Shown here one piece after another: positions 1 to 9,450 of a stretch of 64,000 nt of DNA. The stretch comes from Microcoleus sp. (GTDB lineage Bacteria > Cyanobacteriota > Cyanobacteriia > Cyanobacteriales > Microcoleaceae), in assembly GCA_052279835.1 (NCBI GenBank), contig CP181291.1:5312001-5376000 (forward strand), written 5' to 3'. The stretch's first letter is position 1; each line of letters starts with the position of its first letter. The position numbers were made by a program, and so were the translations under genes. Below the pieces are notes generated by a model. It was given only the letters and a program-made list of their open reading frames with translations. It had not been told where the DNA came from and ran no database searches.

Positions 1-2
1 AA

Positions 3-1082
3 AATTACCTCGATGAAAATGTGATCGGCCAAGATGAGGCGAAAAAGGTGTTGTCGGTGGCAGTTTATAACCACTACAAGCGCCTCAGTTTTATTCATAG
101 CAAAAATAGTGGCAAGCACCCACCGGAAGAAGTAGAACTGCAAAAGTCAAATATTCTGTTAATCGGGCCCACGGGCTGTGGCAAAACGCTGCTGGCTCAG
201 ACTTTGGCAGATATGCTGGATGTACCCTTTGCAGTAGCTGATGCCACGACGCTGACGGAAGCGGGCTACGTTGGGGAAGATGTGGAAAATATTTTGTTGC
301 GCTTGCTGCAAGTGGCAGATATGGATGTGGAAGAGGCGCAGCGCGGCATCATTTATATTGATGAAATTGACAAAATTGCCCGGAAGAGCGAAAATCCTTC
401 GATTACGCGGGATGTGTCGGGGGAAGGGGTGCAGCAGGCGCTGTTGAAAATGCTGGAAGGGACGATCGCCAATGTACCACCTCAAGGCGGGCGCAAGCAT
501 CCCTATCAAGACTGCATCCAAATTGATACCAGCAATATCATGTTTATTTGCGGTGGCGCTTTTGTCGGTTTGGATAAAGTGGTAGAGCAGAGAACGGGCA
601 AAAAGTCCATGGGTTTTATTCAGCCCGGAGAAGCTGTGCCGAAGGAAAAGCGGGCCGCTGATGTCCTGAAGCAACTGGAACCGGATGATTTAGTGAAATT
701 TGGGATGATTCCTGAGTTTATTGGCAGGGTACCGGTGGCGGCGGTTGTCGATCCTTTGGATGAGGAGACGCTGATGGCGATTTTGACGGAACCGCGCAAT
801 GCTTTGGTTAAGCAGTATCAAAAGCTGCTAAAGATGGATAATGTACAGTTGGAGTTTAAGGCGGATGCTGTGCGGGCGATCGCCCAGGAAGCATACCGAC
901 GCAAAACTGGGGCGCGGGCACTCAGAGGAATTGTGGAAGAGTTGATGTTGGATGTGATGTATGAATTGCCGTCGCGCAAGGATGTGACGCGCTGTATGAT
1001 TACTAAGGAAATGGTGGAGAAGCGATCGACTGCTGAGTTGTTGATACTTCCCTCTTCGCTACCTAAGCCGGAGTCGGCTTAA
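3..1082 (+). CDS. clpX: ATP-dependent Clp protease ATP-binding subunit ClpX (5'-truncated by the window)
   Basis: Walker [43 protein letters not shown]. The frame is open to the window edge (NYLDENV...). Confidence 0.97.
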   Translation, partial: NYLDENVIGQDEAKKVLSVAVYNHYKRLSFIHSKNSGKHPPEEVELQKSNILLIGPTGCGKTLLAQTLADMLDVPFAVADATTLTEAGYVGEDVENILLRLLQVADMDVEEAQRGIIYIDEIDKIARKSENPSITRDVSGEGVQQALLKMLEGTIANVPPQGGRKHPYQDCIQIDTSNIMFICGGAFVGLDKVVEQRTGKKSMGFIQPGEAVPKEKRAADVLKQLEPDDLVKFGMIPEFIGRVPVAAVVDPLDEETLMAILTEPRNALVKQYQKLLKMDNVQLEFKADAVRAIAQEAYRRKTGARALRGIVEELMLDVMYELPSRKDVTRCMITKEMVEKRSTAELLILPSSLPKPESA

Positions 1083-1111
1083 TAACAAGAATTTTCAGCA
1101 CAGCCACACCG

Positions 1112-1876
1112 ATGAACTCTCGCATTCAATCATACCTGCGGTTTGCCGCCAGCCAGCAGCGCGACACCGAGCAGATTGGGCCATTTCTTGCTACCTTCAG
1201 CAGCCATAGTGCTAACCCTTATCTGAACTATGCGATTCCTGACGAGGGGGCAACTCCCTCCGTCGCCCATGTCAACGGGCTGATTGCTGCGTACTCTGGG
1301 CGCGGGCGAAAGCCACGTTTGGAATATGTTGCAAAATTAGCGCCTGCTGTAGAAGATGCGCTGATATCAGCCGGTTTCACCATTGAGGGGCGTTTACCAC
1401 TGATGATTTGCACTCCGGGCTCGGAGAAATTGCTGCCGGTTCCCCCGGAGATAGAACTAATTTTACCTGTTTCCGAAGCCGAGATGTTCGCGACTGTGGC
1501 GGCGCAAAACGAGGCTTATGGAGAGGGTGCGCCAAGCCCTGAAGACGTTGACAGTCTGCGGAAAACTCTTGCAGCAGGTGGCATTGCGATACTTGCTCGT
1601 GTAGCAGCAACGGGTGAACCTGCGGGGGCTGGAATCTGTACCACGCCGGCAAATCAGACGACGGAAATCGCTGGTATCGGTGTCCGCGTCCCTTTTCGTC
1701 GGCGGGGAATAGCGGGGGCTTTGACAGCGCGGTTGGTGCGAGAGGCTTTTGATGCCGGTGTGGCGGTGGCTTTTTTGATGACGCTACATGAGCAGGAATT
1801 TAGAGTTTACACCCGCGCTGGATTTTGTGCGATCGGCGAAATCTTGCACATTTCACACGCCCAACAAGAAACTTGA
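1112..1876 (+). CDS. GNAT family N-acetyltransferase
   Basis: C-terminal acetyl-CoA motif IAGIGVRVPFRRRGIAGAL and VYTRAGF. Confidence 0.85.
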   Translation: MNSRIQSYLRFAASQQRDTEQIGPFLATFSSHSANPYLNYAIPDEGATPSVAHVNGLIAAYSGRGRKPRLEYVAKLAPAVEDALISAGFTIEGRLPLMICTPGSEKLLPVPPEIELILPVSEAEMFATVAAQNEAYGEGAPSPEDVDSLRKTLAAGGIAILARVAATGEPAGAGICTTPANQTTEIAGIGVRVPFRRRGIAGALTARLVREAFDAGVAVAFLMTLHEQEFRVYTRAGFCAIGEILHISHAQQET

Positions 1877-2005
1877 TATCAATTCCGGTTGTATCGGAAT
1901 GATTTAACCGCGAAGGCGCGTTCGGCGAAGCCGTTCCCGTAGGGTAGGGACGCGAAGGAAGAGAAGAGAGAGTTTAATACAGGACGATGAAGATAGGAAT
2001 TGATA
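1877..2005 (+). mobile_element. MITE of the 104-bp family carrying a 25-nt nested insert
   Basis: TIR TATCAATTCC...GGAATTGATA, flanked by TGA/TCA. Homologous to 7412-7515 and 30744-30847. Length 129 = 104+25. Confidence 0.8.
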
Positions 2006-2029
2006 TCATGCCCAATCCCCCATTCCCAA

Positions 2030-4060
2030 CTACCAATCGATGAAATCATCCTCATCTAACTTAGAAGACACCTCAGTCAAATCCGGTTCAGATTCCCATC
2101 TAAAAGTTTCCGACTCCCAAACCTCCAAGCCATCCGAGAAATCCACTACTTCCCCATCAAACATCTGAGCCCACACCCCAGCAGAATTGACTACATCTTG
2201 GGCATCTGCCCGCACCGCCACAGCTTGAGCATTTAAATCATTCCCAGAGGCGATCGACCCCTTAGTCTGCCCCCCCCCCACTGGTTCCGAAGCATTTGAC
2301 AGCTTGGAGCTAGTATTTTCAGGGGCTGGCGAGTGTTTTTGTGCTTCTTCCCTATTCCTGGAAAAATCCTCTGAAATTTCCGGTTTTTGTACCTGTTGAT
2401 TCCCATCATCCACCGGAGTATAATTCCGAGAATTTCCCCCCATACCTCCATTAGAATTTGGCAAATTCTTGGGTTCTAAACCATTAGTTTCAGGGGAATT
2501 TTTTAAGCCCAATTGCACCGTGACTCGACGGTTAAAAATTTGCAAAAAAGCTTCTTCAATATTAGCTACTTTGTCTTTAACCATCTTGAGCAACTGTGGC
2601 GAATTAATTTTAATAACCGCCGCATCATTGCTAAAACTCACCAGATGTCCGTGTTGGCGAAGCAAAGATTGAGTACCGTGGGGGCGCACGCGAGTCAGTA
2701 CCTGTTCCCACACTTGATTTAGATCGATTTCGCTAGCGGAATTAGGTGGTGCATAATTTGTGGCCTCAGCAGTCGGTATAGATTCTCTAATCGGTGCGGT
2801 GAATGTGTTTTCTGTGGGATTAGCCATAGGTGGCGGAGTCGTCGCAGGAGGTTGCACATTCGGAATTGCAGATTCTGCAATATGAGATATCTGACTCCCC
2901 CCCTTAGCAAGGGGGGGTTGGGGGGGGTGAATTTGTGCTGGTTGATTTACTGGTTGTGGCTGAGTTCTAATGGCTGAAGGTAATAATCCCAATAATGTTA
3001 CTTCCAGCCACAAACGCGGCTGAGTGGTGTTTTTAATTTGTACTTCATGGGTTTGCAAGTGTTTCTGACACGCTAAAATTAATTCTGCCTCCCAATGAGT
3101 CGCAAATTTTACAAGTTTATCCCAAGTTGCTGAGGTTAAAGCTACTAAATCTGAGCGTGTTGGTGCTGCTTTTGCTATCAGCAAATCTCGGTAAAAACTG
3201 GCTAGATTCTGAAGAACTATCAGCGGTTCTCGACCGCGATTCATTAGATGACGGGTCATGTCTACTAAGGCTGTGGCATCGTCTTTGTCAATAGCTTCTA
3301 GCAGTTCCATTAAGTCGTTTTCTGGGACTGCACCGACTAAATCCCAAACTTTTTCGACGGTGACTTCACCGGGAAATAAACTGAGTTGGTCTAGCAGACT
3401 TTCGGCATCTCGCAGTCCTCCTTGGGCGAGTTGAGCGACCATATATACTGCGTCGCTGGCTATGTTGATATTTTCTAATTTGGCAATTTTATGCAAGTGG
3501 GCGGTCATTGCATCGAGGGCTATGCGCCGAAAGTCGAATCTTTGACAGCGGGAAATAATTGTTGGTAAGACTCTTTGAGGGTCTGTGGTTGCGAGGACGA
3601 ATACTACGTTGTCTGGTGGTTCTTCTAGGGTTTTTAATAAGGCGTTAAATGCCTGGTTACTGAGCATATGAACTTCGTCAATTACATATACTTTATAGCG
3701 GCATTGCACTGGGGCAAATTGAGCGCGTTCGATCAAATCCCGGATGTTATCGACTCCTGTGTTGCTGGCGGCATCAATTTCGATTACGTCTAGTGTGGAA
3801 CCTCTGGCTATTTCTTGGCAAACGTTGCATTTGCCGCATGGTGTGGGGGTTGGGGCACCCGTAGAAATACAGTTGAGGGATTTGGCAAAAATTCGAGCAC
3901 TAGAGGTTTTACCGGTGCCTCTGGGGCCTGTGAATAGATATGCTGGTGCTATGCGATTTTGCAGGATGGCGCTGGTGAGGGTTTGGGCGATCGCCTCTTG
4001 GCCTACTAATTCGGCAAAAGTCTGGGGGCGATATTTGTGGTGGAGGGGTTCGTAGGTCAC
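2030..4060 (-). CDS. dnaX: DNA polymerase III subunit gamma/tau
   Basis: KYRPQTF, GPRGTGKT, Zn module C..CGKCNVC, EIDAASNTGVD, IDEVHML, SRCQRF. Confidence 0.97.
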   Translation of the reverse strand: MTYEPLHHKYRPQTFAELVGQEAIAQTLTSAILQNRIAPAYLFTGPRGTGKTSSARIFAKSLNCISTGAPTPTPCGKCNVCQEIARGSTLDVIEIDAASNTGVDNIRDLIERAQFAPVQCRYKVYVIDEVHMLSNQAFNALLKTLEEPPDNVVFVLATTDPQRVLPTIISRCQRFDFRRIALDAMTAHLHKIAKLENINIASDAVYMVAQLAQGGLRDAESLLDQLSLFPGEVTVEKVWDLVGAVPENDLMELLEAIDKDDATALVDMTRHLMNRGREPLIVLQNLASFYRDLLIAKAAPTRSDLVALTSATWDKLVKFATHWEAELILACQKHLQTHEVQIKNTTQPRLWLEVTLLGLLPSAIRTQPQPVNQPAQIHPPQPPLAKGGSQISHIAESAIPNVQPPATTPPPMANPTENTFTAPIRESIPTAEATNYAPPNSASEIDLNQVWEQVLTRVRPHGTQSLLRQHGHLVSFSNDAAVIKINSPQLLKMVKDKVANIEEAFLQIFNRRVTVQLGLKNSPETNGLEPKNLPNSNGGMGGNSRNYTPVDDGNQQVQKPEISEDFSRNREEAQKHSPAPENTSSKLSNASEPVGGGQTKGSIASGNDLNAQAVAVRADAQDVVNSAGVWAQMFDGEVVDFSDGLEVWESETFRWESEPDLTEVSSKLDEDDFIDW

Positions 4061-4587
4061 GATCGAATATGGGTGTTATGTTAACTAAGGAGATGTGGTT
4101 CGATCGCACCATAGCTCAACTTTCAAAGCAAGTTCTCTGGAGGCGAACTGAGTGGAACGAAGAACTCGTAGCAATTAGTACCTAAGTCTTTTGGGCGCTA
4201 CGATCGTCCGGGCGATCGATTGTGCTCCTCAAAATTTTTTAGGAGCGATCGGAGAATTACTATTAATCTATGTAAATTCACTGATGTTTTCGAGAAACAG
4301 CTCTGCTGAAAAAACATTTTTTCTGCGGGTATTGGTATAATATATCACACATTATTTACCATCGCTTTTTGCCAGTACAAGGGTGCAATTTTCCGAGATT
4401 TCGCGAACCTGCTTGCAGTTAAAGATAAAGTATTAATTAGAGGGTGCCCGTTCGAGTTGTAGAAATCCAATTGTAGAAAGATTGTGGTAGAAAGAAGTCA
4501 AGGTGGCTCGAACCAGCGAGTTGCAATGTCATCTCCACTCAGGGGCATTCTATAAATATAGCGTCAAATTTTACCCTTTAAAAGCCC

Positions 4588-5484
4588 ATGTCAACCAAAA
4601 TAATCCTTGTAGAACCAAGGTTGGCAGTAGCCTCTCCCAAGCCCAAACAGGCTAAGCCAGGAGGTTTACCCTCGGATCAAATCTTGATGGGAGCATCGGG
4701 ATTACTGTTGTTATTACTTGTCGGTTTAGCGGTGTTTAGCAAAATCAAACTGGATGGTTTGAGCAAGAAGCTCACTTTTGAGGAATTCAGAAATCGAGAA
4801 CTCCAGAAAAAATATAAAATGGCTCTGGAAACGATGTCAAAAATGGAAAAAAATCCCGACCTCATCCACTCACGAGACTTTAATTTAGACTACCTGAGAA
4901 TGCGGATGGCGGAAGAAGTTTTTCACTTTGCCATTGTGAATCAAATTAAGGTAAAAGTCAAAGAAAAAATTAGTATTGCCCTGCGTCCAACTCAGGGTAG
5001 TGTAGGAGATAAAAGTGGGAATGCTGGCAGTGGCAGACAAGTAGATTCGATGTTTGATATCGAATACGAAACTGGCGATCCGGCGGTAAAAATCGAAAAG
5101 CGAGTGCTGTTTCGGATTCAAATTAAGTTGATGAAACTCCCGACTCAGGCAACATCGGCGACAATTAATCAAATTATTGACTGTTTGGAAACTTACCTAA
5201 GTCCTTCCGACGACCACGACAGTTGGCAGCCGACAATTCAAGGTCGCATCGTTCACATTGAATGGGACCAAAAGGCGAAACCGACGCCGATGTTGGTGCT
5301 GGAACAGTCGAATGAAGGAGTGAATGTCACTTTCAGAACTACTAGAGCTGCCGCTGGCAGACCTGCAAATGCCAATGACAGTCAGTTAGCCGGTGCTAAG
5401 GGTGCAAAAGGTAAGAGTGCAAGTAAAAGTGCATCCAAGAGTTCTACAAAAACAGGTACTAAGCGTCCGACTTCCCGCAAGTAA
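4588..5484 (+). CDS. Hypothetical membrane-anchored protein (single TM, coiled coil, Lys/Ser-rich tail)
   Basis: 298-aa ORF with a hydrophobic segment GLLLLLLVGLAVF. Confidence 0.75.
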   Translation: MSTKIILVEPRLAVASPKPKQAKPGGLPSDQILMGASGLLLLLLVGLAVFSKIKLDGLSKKLTFEEFRNRELQKKYKMALETMSKMEKNPDLIHSRDFNLDYLRMRMAEEVFHFAIVNQIKVKVKEKISIALRPTQGSVGDKSGNAGSGRQVDSMFDIEYETGDPAVKIEKRVLFRIQIKLMKLPTQATSATINQIIDCLETYLSPSDDHDSWQPTIQGRIVHIEWDQKAKPTPMLVLEQSNEGVNVTFRTTRAAAGRPANANDSQLAGAKGAKGKSASKSASKSSTKTGTKRPTSRK

Positions 5485-5501
5485 TTGTCAACATATTTTA
5501 G

Positions 5502-6239
5502 CTATTTAGGGAAATCAAAAAGCACCTCGGTCATGTAATGTTCTGCCCAATCTTGACCGAAAGCTTTTTCCAATACGCGACGGGTTTTGTCGTTTTGTTG
5601 CTGCTGGGTGCAGTAGTAAATTTGAGCATCGAGAATTTTTGATGCTTCGGCGACAGAAACTGGTTCTGAGGCTACTGCCAGTTTGCAGTGAATTTCCATG
5701 TAGGATTCAACTATGTCCAGAAATCGACTTTCTTCTTCTGGGGAATCTGGGCGCACAAATAGGCAAAATTCTGAAAAAATATCGCCCCATTCGGGAATTT
5801 GGCGGGGACAGGAAAACTGGTTGACGGGCAGAGTTTGCAGTGGAGTGCGGTAGGTTTCGGACAAAGTGCGATCGGCATTGAGGGGAGAAAGGTCGGCGAT
5901 CGCAGCGCTAATTTGGCCTTTACCTGCTACGATGTCCGTACCGAACATGGGCAAAGCGTAATTCGGTCTGGGAAACATCACGCAGTGCAGGATATCCAGC
6001 AAGGGACCGACTTTGGCGAGTTCTAGGTGTATTTTACGGAATTGGGGAGTTTGATAGCAGCGGTTTTCGATGATCAGTTTTTCTCCTTCCAAACGCCCTT
6101 CCACATATCCCAACTCAGCAGGCAGGTGGTAGGGTTCCAGGTCGAGGTACCGACGCCATACTGATTCTATCCGATCGGCTAGTTCGCGGATGAGGTAGTG
6201 TTGTTGGTCTCGTAGAGAAGGCTTGGATATTTCTAACAT
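5502..6239 (-). CDS. pcyA: Phycocyanobilin:ferredoxin oxidoreductase
   Basis: FRKIHLELA, LDILHCVMFP, PMFGTDIV, SAAIADLSP, QQQNDKTRRVLEKAFG. Confidence 0.95.
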   Translation of the reverse strand: MLEISKPSLRDQQHYLIRELADRIESVWRRYLDLEPYHLPAELGYVEGRLEGEKLIIENRCYQTPQFRKIHLELAKVGPLLDILHCVMFPRPNYALPMFGTDIVAGKGQISAAIADLSPLNADRTLSETYRTPLQTLPVNQFSCPRQIPEWGDIFSEFCLFVRPDSPEEESRFLDIVESYMEIHCKLAVASEPVSVAEASKILDAQIYYCTQQQQNDKTRRVLEKAFGQDWAEHYMTEVLFDFPK

Positions 6240-6371
6240 TCTGATTTATGGGGCGATCGGCTTAACAAAACTTTATTCAACTGTTGCAGGATGCAGGAAC
6301 AAAGGTAGATACTTTTAAGGATATCAGTAAGATCGACGAGCGAGCGAGCAAGTTTTACAGGAGATGAATCT

Positions 6372-6581
6372 ATGTTTGGTCTAGGATTGCCCGAAATGGG
6401 CATTATTGCGGTAGTAGCTATTCTAATTTTCGGTCCCAAGAAAATTCCTGAGTTGGGAAATGCTTTGGGAAAAACCTTGCGGAGTTTTAAGGAAGGGGTG
6501 AGTCAAGCTGAGGATGAATCTCCCGTCAAGGAGAAGGAGAAGGAAAAAGAGGAAGAGGAACAGAGTCAACCGAAAGTGTAA
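6372..6581 (+). CDS. tatA: Twin-arginine translocase TatA/TatE subunit
   Basis: MFGLGLPEMGIIAVVAILIFGPKKIPELG..LGKTLRSFK. Confidence 0.93.
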   Translation: MFGLGLPEMGIIAVVAILIFGPKKIPELGNALGKTLRSFKEGVSQAEDESPVKEKEKEKEEEEQSQPKV

Positions 6582-6885
6582 ATTAGTGTGGTAGTGAAGA
6601 TTTTAGTTCTGATATTTAAGGACTAGAGTTCTGGCTGCGTACCTCTGGGGGAAATTTGTACTGATGTTTCAAGACAAATTCCACCAGAGACTGGATTTGT
6701 TAGTTGTGGGATACCCACGGGAACCCGCTTCTTAATCAAGCCCCCCCATTACCAAATTAACTCTTGGTGAAACTGGTCGAAGAGTCCGTTGCTAATAAGG
6801 ATACAAATCGCCACAATAAAAAGTGCTACAATATCCAATTAAAATCCTAAAACAGTCCTATAAACTGAGAAAATAGTCACATAAT

Positions 6886-7260
6886 ATGGTCGTTATTACC
6901 TCCCAAGAAATTGCCTTATTTCGCTCAGAATTAGCAGCATATTTCCAAGCATTGAAGGCCCTAGATGAAATCGAAGATTGCGAGGGAAATATCGAAGATG
7001 CAGCGATATCTCTGGCAATTCAAGCCGGACAAGAACCGAATATTTCGGAAAATTGGCTAGACGGATTAGCTAAAAGATGCCGCGTTGCTATCTGCAAATC
7101 AGAGATTAAAGAAGAGTTGATAAATGGACGTTTGAATGCAGCCTTCGGAGATTTGTTGGCTGCGAAAGTTTGCCCGGATATTTTGATAACTGCGGTGATT
7201 ATTTATGTGTTTAAAACAGGGGTGAATGAGTTTTGTGAGCCTCTTGATTATAAACTTTAA
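6886..7260 (+). CDS. Hypothetical protein
   Basis: 124-aa ORF with an ATG start and protein-like composition (IEDCEGNIEDAAISLAI). Confidence 0.7.
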   Translation: MVVITSQEIALFRSELAAYFQALKALDEIEDCEGNIEDAAISLAIQAGQEPNISENWLDGLAKRCRVAICKSEIKEELINGRLNAAFGDLLAAKVCPDILITAVIIYVFKTGVNEFCEPLDYKL

Positions 7261-7270
7261 AGCTATATTA

Positions 7271-7551
7271 GTGGGTGGCGAGAAACCGGGTTTTTACCAA
7301 CCTACTTCGTTACACCACACAAAAATCACAAAAAACCCGGTTTCTGAGATTTCCGGTTTCTGAGATTCTGTGGGTGGCGAGAAACCGGGTTTTTACCAAC
7401 CTACTTTGTCATATTGTTTCTGGTTACATCGGAATGATTTAACCGCAGAGAACACAGAGGACACAGAGGGAGAGAATAGAGTTCTGAATAATTCAGATGA
7501 AGAGACGATTTGATATCACACCACCCAAAAATCACCAAAAACCGGGTTTCT
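7271..7551. repeat. Two direct copies of a palindromic AGAAACCGGGTTT...AAACCCGGTTTCT repeat; the second is interrupted by a MITE
   Basis: gtgggtggcgagaaaccgggtttttaccaacctact at 7271 and ~7370. Same family at 34511-34574. Confidence 0.85.
7412..7515 (+). mobile_element. 104-bp MITE with TCA target-site duplication
   Basis: Removing it plus one TCA restores colinearity with the neighbouring intact repeat copy. Confidence 0.8.
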
Positions 7552-7601
7552 TAGGTTCTGCGGTTTTTGAGTCCATGAGTAGTTAAACGAGAATATATAA
7601 A

Positions 7602-8834
7602 ATGCAGATAGGCATATTTTTAGGAAATCTCGGAAATCCCCTAATCTATTATCCCAAGTTAGCGAAGATTACTGGCGGTGTCTCGGCTAGTATTTTGCTA
7701 TGTCAATTATTTCAATGGCAATCTCAACTAAAAAAATCAGAATGGCTAACAACTAATTGCGATGAGATTGAAGCAGTCACTGGGTTAAATTGCGAAGAAC
7801 AAGAATTAGCCATAAATCAACTCAAAAGTCGTTCGCTCCTCAAAGCAAAATCAATTAATTACCACATATATGCCTGGGAACTCTGGGCTGATATTGATGC
7901 TTTCGAGGAAATACTTAATAATTACTTCACCGGAAATTCTGATAATAGTATAACACAAAGTCTGCCAAAAAGTCTCAATTATCCTGTAGAAATAGTGGCG
8001 GATAATTCTCCATCTAGTCCTAGCATTAAAACAGACAAATTCTTCGGTCAGCCCCGTAAACCAATAGCCGTTGCTGTCACCCCAAATTATCAATTTAGCG
8101 GCCCTTGGAACTCCCAAGAACAACTCCACACTTTTCAACGAGCTTTAGAAGCCTATGCTAGAGAATGCAACTTGGGTTTTGGCAATCCTTCGGGCTGGGC
8201 TTTCAAAATTATTGACAGTATCACTAAGGGCTTGACTTCGACTTTTTGGGATGAATTTATCGCCGGCATTCCTTTAGGAGAAAGTCAGAAGGTGAAGCGA
8301 GATTGGGAAATAGCGCCAGAAGTGCCTTATCCTGCCTTTGAAGAGGAGCGAATTCAGTATTATGTTCACAAAGGTGAACCGCTGGAAGCAGCAGTTTCTA
8401 GGGCTCGCAGTGACTTGAGAAATCCGGTTTTGGGTAAGGATTTGTGGGAGGGTTTTTTGCGAAAGTGCGATCGCCTTGCGGATGATGCCCTCAAAGCAAA
8501 AAATCTAGGAGTACAGACACCCTATATGCCACCTTCCTTTACAGAAAAACCTCAATTTACAAAAGAAAGTGTCATGAAGAAACTGGAAGCGATCGCACCT
8601 CAAATTTCCCTCACACCATCGACTGCTAAAACCCTTTCCCTTGGAACTTTAGAACAGCAGGAAAGTAAGGAAAAAGAGTCAGATTCAGTTGTTGAAGCTC
8701 CCAGTATTGAACTTTTGCAGAAAGCTTGCAAAACTCCGATGGGTCGGAGTATGATTGAAAAACAAATCACCGAACATCCAGAATGGGGCTACGAAATAGT
8801 TGACGGTGAGATCGTAGAATCAATTCCTTTTTAG
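7602..8834 (+). CDS. Hypothetical protein with a phage replication-protein-like N-terminal (winged-helix-like) region
   Basis: N-terminus YYPKLAKITGGVSASILLCQLFQW...EIEAVTGL..EEQELAINQLK resembles replication-initiator/replisome-organizer N-termini (from recall). Confidence 0.6.
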   Translation: MQIGIFLGNLGNPLIYYPKLAKITGGVSASILLCQLFQWQSQLKKSEWLTTNCDEIEAVTGLNCEEQELAINQLKSRSLLKAKSINYHIYAWELWADIDAFEEILNNYFTGNSDNSITQSLPKSLNYPVEIVADNSPSSPSIKTDKFFGQPRKPIAVAVTPNYQFSGPWNSQEQLHTFQRALEAYARECNLGFGNPSGWAFKIIDSITKGLTSTFWDEFIAGIPLGESQKVKRDWEIAPEVPYPAFEEERIQYYVHKGEPLEAAVSRARSDLRNPVLGKDLWEGFLRKCDRLADDALKAKNLGVQTPYMPPSFTEKPQFTKESVMKKLEAIAPQISLTPSTAKTLSLGTLEQQESKEKESDSVVEAPSIELLQKACKTPMGRSMIEKQITEHPEWGYEIVDGEIVESIPF

Positions 8835-8843
8835 GAGGCAACC

Positions 8844-9077
8844 ATGCAACGAATTAGCGAAATACATGTATTTGGTTTAGAAAGACCTTCTCTTTCAGAA
8901 GCAGAAAGAAAAAGACTGCGCCGGGAAAGAGGGCAGCAAGAGAAAGAGGAAGGATATCAAAAGTTAGCTGAACTGTGTTATTTAGGTGAATATGACATGG
9001 CAAAGCAACTGGCAAATAAACATTATAATTGGGGATACGAAATTGTTGACTGTATTGTGATGGAGAGGATAGATTAA
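8844..9077 (+). CDS. Small hypothetical protein sharing a C-terminal WGYEIVD motif with the upstream gene
   Basis: Strong RBS AGGAGG, starts 9 nt after the upstream stop. Confidence 0.75.
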   Translation: MQRISEIHVFGLERPSLSEAERKRLRRERGQQEKEEGYQKLAELCYLGEYDMAKQLANKHYNWGYEIVDCIVMERID

Positions 9078-9104
9078 AATAAATTAAATGGTGAATGTGC
9101 AACT

Positions 9105-9380
9105 TTACTGAAAAAGCTTTAGAAGTTGCCAAAAATCTAATTCGCGGTATTTTATCCAAAATTTAGCGACATTATTTTGTTTGAGTAGCTGGAGAGAGTT
9201 GTCATAGTAATCTCTATTTTCAAGCTCTGTCATAAACATTTCCCAGTTAGCCTCAAAAAAGGGAACTTGTTGAAGTTTCTCTGCTCTAATGATTTCTGCT
9301 TGCTGAATCTCTAAGGCAGTTCCTACTAATTCAGGAAGTTTTAAACTGATAGATAATTCTCGTGCTTCTTTCGGGGTCAT
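9105..9380 (-). CDS. Hypothetical protein
   Basis: 91-aa ATG ORF filling the gap between flanking genes. Confidence 0.55.
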   Translation of the reverse strand: MTPKEARELSISLKLPELVGTALEIQQAEIIRAEKLQQVPFFEANWEMFMTELENRDYYDNSLQLLKQNNVAKFWIKYRELDFWQLLKLFQ

Positions 9381-9450
9381 GGATTTTGCTACTCGAACAC
9401 CGCAATCTCTATGTTAAAATTATAGCTAAAACTTAAATACATATCAAAAT

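Noticed and set aside
2270..2279. Homopolymer in dnaX as a programmed frameshift or slippage site
   Set aside because: The ORF is intact, the run encodes Gly residues in a disordered tail, and no stimulatory elements are evident.
3660..3695. DnaX intein
   Set aside because: IDEVHML is uninterrupted; no intein is present.
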